Assembly: GCF_018350175.1 (NCBI RefSeq)
Contig: NC_058368.1
Coordinates: 189,350,001 to 189,414,000 of the forward strand
Reading direction: 5' to 3'
DNA length: 64,000 nucleotides
Source: Felis catus
Taxonomy: Eukaryota
Below, one piece after another: positions 38,509-54,845 of this stretch. Positions within the stretch are counted from its first letter, which is position 1. Each line of letters starts with the position of its first letter. The translations under genes were made by a program, and so were the position numbers. The notes beneath the pieces were generated by a model. It made no database searches. It was not told the DNA's origin and was given only the letters and a program-made list of their open reading frames with translations.

Positions 38509-40103
38509 ATGATGAAATGAAGGAATTCACCCCAAAAGAAAGAGCAGGAAGAAACGACAGCCAGGCACTTAACCAACACAGATACAAGCCGGATGTCGGA
38601 ACCAGAAGTTAGAATAATGATAATAAGAATACTAGCTGGAGTTGGAAATGCAAGCTGGTGCAGCCACTCTGGAAAACAGTATGGAACTAAACTAAAAACA
38701 GAACTAAAAAAACTAAAAAAACAGAAACTAAAAACTAAAAATAGAACTATCCTACGACCCAGAGATTGCACTACTAGGCATTTATCCAAGGCATACAGGT
38801 GTGCTGGTTTGAAGGGACACATGCACCCCCATGTTTATAGCAGCACTATCAACGATAGCCAAAGTATGGAAAGAACTCAAGTGTCCATCATGGATGAATG
38901 GATAAAGAAGGTGTGGTATATATATACAATGGAGTATTATTCAGCAATCAAAAAGCATGAAATCTTGCTATTTGCAACTACATGGATGGATCTGGAGGGT
39001 ATTATGCTAAGTGAAATTAGTCAGAGAAAGACAAAAATTATATGACTTCATTCATATGAGGACTTTAATGGACAAAACAGATGAACATAAGGGAAGGGAA
39101 ATAAAAAATAATATAAAAACAGGGAGGGGGACAAAACAGAAGAGACTCACAAATATGGAGAACAAACTGAGGGTTATGGGAGGGGTTTTGGGAGGGGGAA
39201 TGGGCTAAATGGGTAAGGAGCACTAAGAAATCTACTCCTAAAATCATTGTTCCACTATATGCTAACTAATTTGGATGTAAATTTTTAAAAAATAAAAAAT
39301 AAAACTATTTAAAAAAAAATAAAAAAATTTAAAAAGGAAAAAAAAAAAGAATACTAGCTGGAGTTGAAAACAGATTAGAATCCCTTTCTGTGGAGATAAA
39401 AGAAGTAAAAGCTAGTCAAGATGAAATATAAAATGCTATAACTGAACTGCAATCTTAAATGGAGGCCACGGTGGCAAGGAGAGATGAGGCAGAACAGAGA
39501 ATCAGCGATATAGAGGACAAACTTACGGAGAATAATGAAGCCGAAAAAAAGAGGGAGATTTAGGCAAAAGAGCACAATTTAAGACTAGAGAAATCAGTGA
39601 CTCATTAAAAAGGAAAAACATCCAAATCAAAGGGGTCCCAGAAGAAGAAGAGAGACAAATAGGGGTAGAAGGGTTATGTGAGCAAATCAGAGGAGAAAAC
39701 TTTCTTAGCCTGGGAAACACAGACATCAAAATCTAGGAAGCACAGAAGACTTCCATTAGATTCACCAAAACCAACTATCAACCAGGCATACCATAGTCAA
39801 ATTCATAAAATACTCAGGCAAGGAGAGAATCATGAAAGCAAGGGGGAAAAAATCCTTAACCTACAAAGGAAGACAGATCAGGTTTGCAGCAGACCTTCCA
39901 CAGAAACTTGGCAGGCCAAAAAGGAGTGGCAGGATATATTCAGTGTGCTGAATCAGAAAAATATACACCCAAGAATTCTTTATCCAGCAAGGCCATCATT
40001 CAAAACAGAAGGAGAGATAAAAAGTTTCCCAGACAAACAAAAATTAAAGGAGTTTGTGACCACTAAACCAGCCCTGCAAGAAATTCTAAGAGGGACACTC
40101 TGA
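38509..40103 (+). pseudogene. L1 ORF1 (disrupted: early TGA, nested L1, frameshifts)
   Basis: ATG at 38509 followed by TGA at codon 4; MSEPEVRIMIIRILAGV; C-terminus PRILYPARPSFK..IKSFPDKQKLKEFVTTKPALQEILRGTL*. Confidence 0.9.
38645..39346 (+). mobile_element. 5'-truncated L1 3' end nested in ORF1 of the full-length L1
   Basis: ORF2 end, 3'UTR and A tail bounded by aagaatactagctggagttg at 38625-38644 and 39347-39366. Confidence 0.95.
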
Positions 40104-40209
40104 GGGGAGAAAAGATGAAAAAACAAACAAACAAACAAACACCAAAAGCAACAAAGACTAGAAAGGACCAGAGAACACCACCAGAAACTCCAATTCTACA
40201 AGCAACATA

Positions 40210-43860
<3,651 letters not shown>

Positions 43861-46800
43861 ATAATATGGTATATATATGTATATAATATATATATATATA
43901 TATAATATATATATATATATAATGGAGTATTACTCAGTAATTAAAAAGAATGAACTCTTGCCATTTGCAACTATGTGGATGGAACTAGAGGGTATTATGC
44001 TAAGAGAAATTAGTCAGTCAGAGAAAGACAAATATCTTATGACTGCATTCATATGAGGACTTTAAGACACAGAACAGATGAACATAAGGGAAGGGAAGCA
44101 AAAATAATATAAAAACAGGGAAGGGGACAAAACATAAGAGACTCTTAAATGTGGAGAACAAACAGAGGGTGACTGGAGGGGTTGTGGGAGGGGGAATGGG
44201 CTAAATGGGTAAGGGGCATTAAGGAATCTACTCCTGAAATCATTGTTGCACTATATGCTAACTAATTTGGATGTAAATTTAAAAAAATAAAATTAATAAA
44301 AAAAAGATACTCTACAAACTGAGAAAAAAAAAAGAATAAAGTTACAAACTTTTGCTATGTGAAAGAAACTGTTAAGTGAATGAAAAGACAAGCCAAAGAC
44401 TAGGCATGTCTGCAGCTCATATTTGTGACAAAGAGCTTGTATCTGGAACATATAAAGAACCCTGACTCAATAACAAGAAAGAATCAATGTCATTTAAAAT
44501 ATGGGTGATATACCTTCAATGAAAGAGATATATACATGCAAAGAGGCATAGTAAAAGTTGTCTAACATCACTAATAATTAAGGAAGTACAAACTAAAACC
44601 ACAGTGAGCTCTAATAATTCAAATACTTACTAGGATGGCTAAAAAAACAAACCACAACAATAAATACAACACTAAATTTAAGCAATGATGTGGAGCAACT
44701 GGAAGTCTCATATATTGTTGGTGGGAATATGAAATGGGAAAGTCATACTGGAAACAGTTTGGAGGTTTCTTACAAAGTTAAACACAAAACTACCATACTT
44801 TATGTAAATGTAAAAAAATAAGTAAATAAACTAGGATGTGACAGGAAACATGGAACTCAGCCTGTGGCAACTAAATTTTAATGAATTTCAAATGACTCAC
44901 ATAACCACACTGAAGGGGTTGGAGAAGAATGCAGTTGGCCTATGTAACTTTGGAAAACAATGTTTTGAGAAGTTAGTACTACTATAAGGCTAAAGACAGA
45001 AAGAAGTATACACAAATACTGTACTCTATCTGGTAAATTTGTTTAGGACAGGAACATAGGTTAGAAATTCTGAAACATTGTATTTGTGCATAAGGTTGTA
45101 CAAATAAATATATCTATTATATACGTAATGAGAGTCAAGCTTCTTACTGTCATAGAAAGTAATTAAATATAAGGAAAGAGGAAAGACGAGAATGAACCCT
45201 ACAGTGCTGAATTAAAGTTGAAGGTATCAATATGGAATAGACAACAACTATGTATGTATGCATGATTTAGTACACATACATATATTTCTTAGCTCCATCT
45301 ACTGAGAGGACCTAGAAACAGTAAGACTTCAGTAACAATAATCAGACCTAACACCCAGGCCCTCTAAATTACATTCTCCAATAAAAGGAACCAGGCTTCT
45401 TGGAGAGCCGGTTGGTTTCTGGGCTGGGGTAAAGGAATATGCACCACAGGCTTTGAGTATCTTGTGGTGCTAAAAAGGGAGAAAGTGTCCAAGTGCTCAA
45501 AAACGAAATAAAACAAACAAACAAACAAACAAAAAGCTTATGGCAAATGGAAATGACACAGGAGCCAATCTGAAAATGCTGCCAATGGTCAAAATTCAAA
45601 CAATCAAGCAACAAAATAAATAACAATAATACTGGATTACAATTCAAGTGACAAAAAAATCTTAATAAACATTTAACATTGTTAATAAAAATTCAAGTAA
45701 CAAAAAATACTAAATAAATAAATACAGAAAGGAGAAGTGACAACTCTTCCTTACAGAAGAATTCCAACTAATGCATGTAAAAGGAATGAGAGAAATAGAA
45801 AATCACAATTAACGCATCACAGTAATAATTGCTGCAGGCAAGGTCCACCGATGGATGCTTAAAATCGGTGAGTAAAAGTTTAGGCAGAAACGGAATATCT
45901 GCATGATTCCAAAGTATCTTCTCAAAAATATTTAGTGATTTCAAAGGGAAAATAGTAAGTTTACAGTGGAAAGACCAGGCAGGCAGCCAGGTGATGGATG
46001 TTAGCCAACTGGTCAAGGTTAACATCACCAATAACACACATTGATACCATCTACCCCCTATTATATGCCTGGAGAAGGGCACATCACTCCCATTATATTC
46101 TTCCCAATAATGTCTAACTTCAGTATAATCGAGAGAAAACATCAGACAAATTCAAATTGCAGAACATTCTACAAAATAATTGGCAAATAGTCTTCAAATG
46201 TACCAAGGTCGTGAAATACTAGGAAAGACAGGAAATGTTACAGATTGGAAGTGACTAGGGAAACATAAAGCTAAATGCAATGTGAAATCCTGGGACAGAA
46301 AAAGGACATTGGTGGAAAAACTAGTTAAATCTGAGTAAGTTCTATACTGTATTTAATAGTATTGTACCAAAATTAATTTCTTGGTTACATAAGCTGTTAG
46401 CATAAGTGTATACTGCATGAAGGATATAGTACTATTTTTGCAGCTCTCCTGTAAATCTAAAATCATTTCAAAATAAAAATACTTTTTCAAAAGTAAACAA
46501 CACCTTATATGGTTACCCAAATTATCTATTACATCTAGAAGGAAAACCCTGTTCTCTGCTTTCCAGGTATCTTCCATACCAGAAACTTGTCAATTAAAGA
46601 AAAAAAAAAAAGAGTTGCCTCCTATAACAATTATTTCCTATTCATTCTCTCTCTCAGGTTGTTAGGATTTTATCCTTGTTTATGTATCCATTGACTTTTC
46701 AGAAGAAATCATTAAGGAGGTGAGGAAAATGAGTATTCTGTTGGCTGGAAAAATTCCAAGCTGGCAAAGCCCTATTTTTAATGTCTGTTATTGCTCACTT

Positions 46801-47489
46801 ACATACGTATATATGTATGTGCTTATAGTCACCTGAACCTCATGAGAGCCATGAATCTCTGGATTAAATATTGTTTGCTTTCACTGCTTTTGGACTCTCT
46901 CTGAGATCTGTGATCAATGCGCTGTGGCACTTGGACCTTTCTCAAATTCCCACTCGTGTTAACTGTCTCTTTGTGCCAAGGGAGGAAGATTTGAGGAAAT
47001 AATGGAGATAACCTCACATGTTTTCCTCAATGGGTTTCAAGAACAGACCCTTCCCAGGCTTCCAAATGGAGAAGGCAGGCCAAAGCATGTTGAGCTCCAT
47101 GGAATCAAATGATTTGGGAGCTATAGGGGTTCATATCAGGTCACCTATCTTCCTAAAGGGCTTGCCCTATACTATACATTTTTCTCCTTGAACAACATCT
47201 CAGCATCAACATCCCATCAATTAAATTTGGAGAAACAGTGTTTATTGGTAGGTAAGGGAAGAGACTGTTTTTATCATCCAGTTACCTTATAAAATGGAAC
47301 TTGGCAGTCACCTGGGAGGACATAATTCTGACACTGTTTCCTTGGCTACAGAAAGGGAGAGATAACTGCCCTCCTTCATGTCTTAGGCTTTCTATAAGGA
47401 AAAAATGGAATAACTAAAATAAAAATGGTGTAAAAAGATGTAGACCAGTGTTTTCAATGAAATGTTAGGATTTTCTCTTTTCCATTCTC

Positions 47490-47980
47490 ATTGCCCTCAG
47501 AATAAAATTAATACTCTTTGAACATGTTTAACAAAGCCCTTCATATCTGACTCCAACCTGCCTCTTATCTCTGGACACTCCTCTCTTCACATCCCTTATC
47601 CAGTCACACTGGACAGTGCCTTGTTCTCTTTCTCACATTTATTGCTTTAACATATTTCTTCCTTACTGGAATAGTTATCCCTGCTCTTATCCATTCCCCA
47701 TTCCACTTTATCTGAGTAATTTCTACTTGTTTTTTCAGGTTTCAACTCAGAAATTTCTTCTAGAAAGCCATTGCCCAAACCCACTGTCCTTTCAAATACT
47801 CAGAACCTCATCCAATTAGTCTACTTTAAAATGTATATCCTCTAGCAGGTCATAAATTCCTAGAATGAAAATATCTGCCTTTTTCACCATTTTATATGTA
47901 TCCCTCTCTCCTAGTAGGGTCTAGCATATAGTAGCTTCTCAATAAATGCTTGTTGAATAAATGAATGAATGGATGGATGT
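47490..47980 (+). mobile_element. L2 3' end
   Basis: Ends 'ctagcatatagtagcttctcaataaatgcttgttgaataaatgaatgaat'. Confidence 0.85.
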
Positions 47981-48151
47981 GTAACTGACAAATGAATAAG
48001 TGCATGCTTTCAATACAAGTTTTTTAATATGGGTCCTATTTGGGGGACTGAGATGTGGGGAAAGTTTTCCAAAGACTAAACTGATGGAATAAGTAGCAAA
48101 TATGTAAGAGAGAATTGTGCAGTGCAATTAGTCATTTTAAACAAGAAAGAC

Positions 48152-48280
48152 TCGGGGGAGAGGGGAAAGTGGGTGATGGGCATTGAGGAGGCCACCTGTT
48201 GGGATGAGCACTGGGTGTTGAATGGAAACCAATTTGACAATAAATTATATTTAATATTTAAAAAATAAAATAAAATAAAC
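48152..48280 (+). mobile_element. Short carnivore L1 3' tail insertion
   Basis: 'gggtgatgggcattgaggaggccacctgttgggatgagcactgggtgttg..aatttgacaataaa' plus A-rich tail. Confidence 0.88.
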
Positions 48281-48359
48281 AAATAAGGCTCTAAAACTTA
48301 AATCCTGGGCTTATGACTATTATTATTATTATTATTATTATTATTTTAGCAATATCATA

Positions 48360-48600
48360 TTATAGCAACTGACATTTATGTATTCTAACCTTATGCTTAA
48401 CAATTGGCTAAGTGCTTTGTGCATATTAGCATTTTTAATCTCCCCTATAACTTTATGAAATCAATACAGGTTTTATCCCCATTTACAGATAAGAAAACAA
48501 AATCAGAGAGGTTGGGCTGTTTGTCCAAAGCCATACTACTATTCATGAGCAGAGTCATAATTCATGTCCAAGTCTCCTGGAACCCAGAGCCTGAATTGTT
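48360..48600 (-). mobile_element. MIR SINE
   Basis: 'gctaagtgcttt..atttttaatctc..ttatccccatttacagataagaaaac'. Confidence 0.8.
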
Positions 48601-50799
48601 AGAAGGTACATGCTCCCATCTTACCAATTCCCACTCCTTGATCCCCTGCCAGACAATCAACCTCCAAGTTCTTCCAGGTCCCCAAGGTGCAACAAAACTA
48701 GTTTAAATCCAATCCTGGCTGAATTCTTGAGCTGGGCTCTGCGATGTTACCCTTCATCGTCTCACTCACTAATAAGGCTACTCTGTGGAGGGGTTCTGAT
48801 TGCAGCTTCTCTCCACCCAAACCCAGAGCAACTATTTCTCTCACGGATCCCTATCTGAACTGCTAAGTTTATGCTTTAATACAATTAGGTAGCTGTCACT
48901 CCCCTACAGATCCTCTTTATTCTTCATTTGCTTCCAATAAAGAGACATTACTTGCTTGGGAGCTTTCCAGAGTAACATGAATCCATCTTTTGAAAACTAG
49001 TCCCTGCATCTGGAAAATTGAATGATGCTTTGGTGTTGGTTTAGCAAGAGAGTCGGTCCGTAGAAACGGCATTGTTATTTTATTATCCTTAATGCTTTTA
49101 AGCCATATTAAGAAGATTTAATTTCCAAAGATGTCTTTTCTTGCCACTACCCCCTTTTTTAAATAGACAAATCAGTTTCTACTTTCAAACCGGTTGTTTT
49201 CAAATATGCCACTGAGCATTGATTTGGCCACTTAGCTGAATTAGCCACATGGTCCATCTGTACCTTCCTGCCCTTCCCCAGCAAAACAGGTGTTGCCTTT
49301 ACCATAATGAGAAGGCATTTTCTTATCAGACCACTTCTTATCATAAAACTAAATACACACACATCCCAGAATCTCAAATCCATCATATAAATAAAAAAGC
49401 ACACTCCCTTGGTCTACACACAGCAGTTCTCTTAAGAAAGCGATGTCTGACACCCGCTAACCCATGATCCAGAGAGATTTTGATCACCCTACCCTTCCCA
49501 GTATGGCTTTTTATTCTTTGCATCAATACATGCTCTAACTGGAGATGTTCACAGTACCAGCATGCAATAGCTTCAATAATCATCTCATCTGCAGACCAAG
49601 AGACTGCTCTGTTTCCTCACACTCCAGGTAAGATTCTGAACCTTGGAAAAGCTAAAATCAGCTGGTGGCTGGTTATTTGCTTGTGTTCTCTATCCTTGAA
49701 TAAAGCAAATAAAAATATACTGCAAAGAGAAGACTTCCTTATTTTAAAGAAGAAAATAAAAAAGACAATTTACTCCTATATTAAAAAATTCATACAATAA
49801 GATTCCAAGTCAGATGTTGAAACACATCACTATGATCAGAGAGTGAAATAACAATGGAGTGAGAGGCAGAACGAAAAGATTCCCATGAATTTACTCACCT
49901 CAGTTGGATTTTTTAATCAAAAACTAAATTTGTTTGCAGAATGTGTCCTTCAGCATAAACACACAGTGAATCACTTAGAAAATAATAAACAATAAGAGTT
50001 TATGGAACTGAGAGTAAACTCTGCCCTTTCTAATAAGCTAATTGTAGGTCATAAAAGGGGATTCTAAAATACAAAAAAAAAAAGAACCTAAGGTCTGATG
50101 CTAGAAACGATCCAATGTTATTTCATGTCCTTTGTGTCAACTAGCTGAAGGATGTGATCTCTGCTTTTTCATTAAATTATACAGTCTGGCATGGGATCTA
50201 ATATAGAAGAGCTCCTCACTCACTGCTGATGAGAATGATCTACATGGTTAAAGGAAAGAGCTTTAGTTTTACTCTTTCTCTTTTTCTTCTATTATAATTC
50301 ATTCTACCAAAGAATTCAATTGTACAATCATTGCACACCTACTAGGAGCAAATGACAGTGTTAGATGTGCACAAAAAGACCCCAGGTGGCCTAAAGTAAC
50401 AAAGCTTTCCCCTTATAAAGACATATTTATTACCAACAGCAAAGCAGCATATAGTTGTTTGTTTGTTTGTTTGTTTGTTTGTTTCTAGGGAAAACTCATG
50501 TTTTTTTTTTCTTTTTTCCTTCATGTCTAATTATCTTTAACATACTACTTCAGGGTTTGTTCCTCTTTGTGGATCCTTAGGGATCCGGAAAGGCTTGAGA
50601 CATGGTCCCAGACTTTGAGGACTGTCTGGCACACCTACTCAGAACCTCCTAGAACTATTAGCCAAGGAAAATCCAAATGATTTAATGATGAATAGTAAAA
50701 AAAAGGAATAAGCACAGTGTCGATGAAGAAATACCATGAGGGAAAAAGATGAAGAGTAGCAAAATTCACCAATAGATAAAGAACACTCACTAGAAACAT

Positions 50800-51935
50800 A
50801 TTTAAAGGAAAAAAATTTTTTAAATGACCAGACTTCATTTCATGAATTTAAAACCAGTAGTAAAGCAATCATGCCTACAAAGGAATACTCCAAAGCAGAG
50901 ATGCAGAATGCTAGGTAATGGTTGATAAGACTGTAGAAGATGAAACACTAACTGGCAGAACTCAGCAAGAAATATAAAGAAAACTTTAAAGAATGAAAAC
51001 CATCCACTGTTGAATGAGCAAATGGTAGAATAGACACTGTAGGATGCTCAGTAACAGAAATAACAGACAACAACAAGAAAGGCAAATAATATGAAATCAA
51101 GAGTTTAAAAGGATTTGTGATTAAAGACAGGTATAGAAGATAGGATAAAAAGAGGCAGTGATCATGTAATTGGAGCCCACGTTCAAGAAAACAAAAGCAA
51201 TGGACCAAAACACATGGAAAATATGATCAAAGAAAACTTTATTTTTAAAAAGATGACTTGAATTTACGTATTGAAAGATGGTAGCATGCATCAGAAAAAA
51301 ACTGATATGAGAAGATAAACAATGATCATATTTGGGCAACTCTTGAGTTTCAAACACAAAGAAAGAATCTTCTAGAGTCAGTTAAAAACACTGTCACTTA
51401 TAAGGTGAAGAAAAATGCTCCCAGATTTTCCCACTTCAATATTCTGTAGCAAGAAATGCTGAGAAATACCTATATCATTTGTTTGCAAACTTTACCTCAC
51501 ACACACAAAAAAGGGTAAACCAATATTGAACTCTGGTTAATAATATGCATGCTGACGTATTCGGGAGACAAGTTGTACTGATGTCTATTACTTACTTTTA
51601 AATGCATGAAAAAATGAAATAGATTAAAGAATGAATATAGTGATGGATAGATGGCTAGGTATGTGATAAAGCAAATACATTAAAATATTAATTGTAAAAT
51701 CCAGATGGTGAGAATATGAGATATTTATTTTAGCCCTTCAGCTTTTCTCAACATCTGAGAGTTGTTAATGCTTAGCCTTAAATATTTCTAACAACAAGAT
51801 AAAGAATGAAAACAAAAGAATTTCATATGATTTTAAAAGTTATAAATAAAACCAAAAAAAGCAGCATTAGAAACTAAGGGAAATAAAATCAGAAAGTAAG
51901 GGGCTATACAAACTAATGACAAAATCAAAAGCAAG
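50800..51935 (+). mobile_element. Very old L1 (L1ME/HAL1-like) ORF1-region remnants
   Basis: A-rich strand bias with ORF1-like 'aaagaaaactt..gacttgaatttacgtattgaaag'. Confidence 0.5.
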
Positions 51936-51939
51936 TTAT

Positions 51940-53970
51940 TTTTTAACTTTGAATTTTGAAATAATTTTTGGTGTGCAGAAAAATTGCAAAATCAGTACAC
52001 AGAGATCCTGTATAACCATTACTCCTCTTCCCTAATATTAACACACTGCATAACCATACTGCAACTATTGAAACCAGACAATTAAACAAATGCAATACCA
52101 TTAACTAATCTACAGACTTCATTCAAATTCTGTCAGTTTTCCCACAAATATCCTTTTTCTGGCCCAGGATTCATTCCAGGATTCCACATTGCATTTAGTT
52201 GTTTAGTCTCCTTTCATATGTGATAATTCTAGCCTTTTCTTAACTTCATGACCTTGACATTTTTGATGAGTTATTTCTTAGCGATTTTCTTGAATGTTCC
52301 CCAATTCGGGTTTCTCTGGTATTTTCTCATGATGAGACTGAGGTTTGCAGCTTTGGCAAGAATCATCTCAGAAGTACACCATATCAGAACAGACCTGATG
52401 TCTGTGGGTCTTATTACTGATGTTATCAATTTGGTAAGGAGGTTAATACCATGTTTCTGCATTATAAAGCTACTATTTTTCCCCTTGTAGTTAGTAAATA
52501 TCTTGTGGGGAAATATTCTGAGACTGTGTAAATATCTTGTTTCTCATAATACTTTCATTGATTAATTTTAGTGTCATTGAGGGTCTTGACTACAATTATT
52601 ACAGCCTGGCTAATCATGCTTTCTACTTCTATCATTTCTTCTACATCTATTAATAGAATGCTACTATTCTCTCCCCAAATTACTCATTCAAAAATTCACT
52701 TATATCAAGAGGGATTCATGGGTGATTTCTTTTATTTTACAGGTTGTAACACAATCTATCATTAATAATTTTCTTTTTTTAATTGTTTTGAATTTTATTT
52801 AAATCCAAGTTAGTTAACATATAGTGTAATAATGGCTTCAGAAGTAGTGATTCATCACTTAGATATAACACTCAGTGCTAACCATTATTAATTTTCTTTT
52901 CCAAATTGTCTGTTTGGACATTGGGAGCTTCTTCAAGTTGTTTCCAATGACCTTTCAAACATGTACCCATCAATTAAAAATATTTCCTTACACCGAGAGC
53001 CACAATATTTTCTAGGCTCATCTTGTATTTTCTCTGCTGCATTCCTGAAATTCACTATTTCTTAAAGAAGCCCTTTCTTGCTGTTGGAGAATGATCTATG
53101 GAAAGCACAACCTAAGTGCAAGGTGTGCTCTTTGCTAGTGGAATGACTAGCCCTTCTCTGTGGATACACCTAGAAACTATATGTATGTATACCAATGCCT
53201 GCAATACACGTATCTATATTTACTTCTGTATCTATGTATATATATTAAAAACTATTAGTTCATATTGGTATCTCTAATTTTAATCCAACACCACACAGCC
53301 TATTCATTGCCTTCTTCCTTTCCTTATTTTTAACTTGTTTCTCTGAAAGTATGAAACCTGCTTTCATTATTTATACTACATGTATTAATTTGTTCAATTC
53401 TAGGATGTACATAGTTTCAGACTTGTTCATCACATCTGTATGAGAACCAGATTTAGTGGCTAGCATACAACATTTGTGTACAGTTCTTTTTGTCTTTAGC
53501 CTCATAGTATACAACAAATAAAACAAATAATACAAATAATACAAAACAAAAAAAATACTGTTTCCAAAGTTATTTAGGTTTGTTTTCTTCTTCCCCATCC
53601 CCTTCAATGTGGTTGCTATTCATCTGTAATACCATTAGTTTCATTTGTTATTTTTATATTCTGTTTTGGATTCCCCCCCACATTCTGGTAGATACTATTT
53701 TTTTTTTCAGTATGTGAGGTATTACTATGGTTCTAACCTTCAGAGCTATACAAAAACAAATACTTAGGAATGCATTGCTCCCCACTCATCTCTCCTACCC
53801 CATTATTCCTTCATTCTTTTCACTCCATTACCACCCATCCCTATAGGCAACCAATCTCGTTAGTTTATGGTTTACCCTTCTTGTATTTCTTTTGACCAAA
53901 TAAACAGATACACATACTTTTAAAGTATCCTTTCATTTCTTACCTGAAAAGTATGAATATTCTTTTGACC
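51940..53970 (-). mobile_element. Old L1MC/MD-like 3'UTR in antisense, containing a short carnivore L1 tail (~52775-52880, minus)
   Basis: 'ttttgaaataattt..cagaaaaattgcaaaatcagtacacagag', 'cccaggattc..cacattgcatttagttgt'; mirrors 45300-46495. Confidence 0.75.
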
Positions 53971-54454
53971 TTTCAAAAACTGATTATTTTGAAACTAAAA
54001 AAAAAAAAACAAACCCTACCTAACCTAATCAAGAAAAGGAGAAAAACAATTTTTAAATAAAATTATAAAAGGTAAACAATTACAAAGTAAGAAACAATTT
54101 TGCTCAAATCTATGTTAATAAATTTGAAAACATAGATAAAATGGATAATATTCTTGGAAAATATACTTTACCAAAGCAGATTCTAGAAAGGATAGAAAAA
54201 TGTAAATTCTGATTTCCAGAGAAGACATAGAGAAAGTAGTGTGGCTATAATCATTCTCCACCTCCACATCTCTACATGTCCAGATGATTTCATAGTGCAA
54301 TTCTTCTGATCTTTAAAATTAATTAATTTCAACACTACCTAAAATGAAACAAAAACCTGGAAAATATCAAGTATGTGCACCTATAAACCACATATACATA
54401 TACAAACAAGTAAGAAAACTGTAGGCCTACCTCACTTATGAATATTGAAGCTTA

Positions 54455-54672
54455 TTTCTTTTATTTTTTTAATGTGTATTTATTTTTGAAGGAGAGAGAG
54501 ACAGAGTGCGAGAAGGGGAGGGCCAGAGAGAGAGGGAGACACAGAATCCGAAGCAGGCTCCAGGCTCTGAGCCTTCAGCACAGATCCGGATGCGGGGCTC
54601 GAACCCATGAACCGCAAGATCATGACCTGAACTGAAGTCAGGCACTTAACAGACTGAGCCACTCAGGCACCA
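54455..54672 (-). mobile_element. Can-SINE
   Basis: TSD gaatattgaagctt at 54440-54453 and 54674-54687. Confidence 0.95.
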
Positions 54673-54845
54673 CGAATATTGAAGCTTTTTAAATAAATTA
54701 TTAACAAAAATTATCTAATAGCATATTAAAAAAATAATATATCTGACCAAGTGAGGTTTATTTCTAATAATAAAAGGAATTTTCAATATTAAGTTATCTA
54801 TTAATATGATCTACCATATTAATGTAGATTAAGCATAAAAATCTT

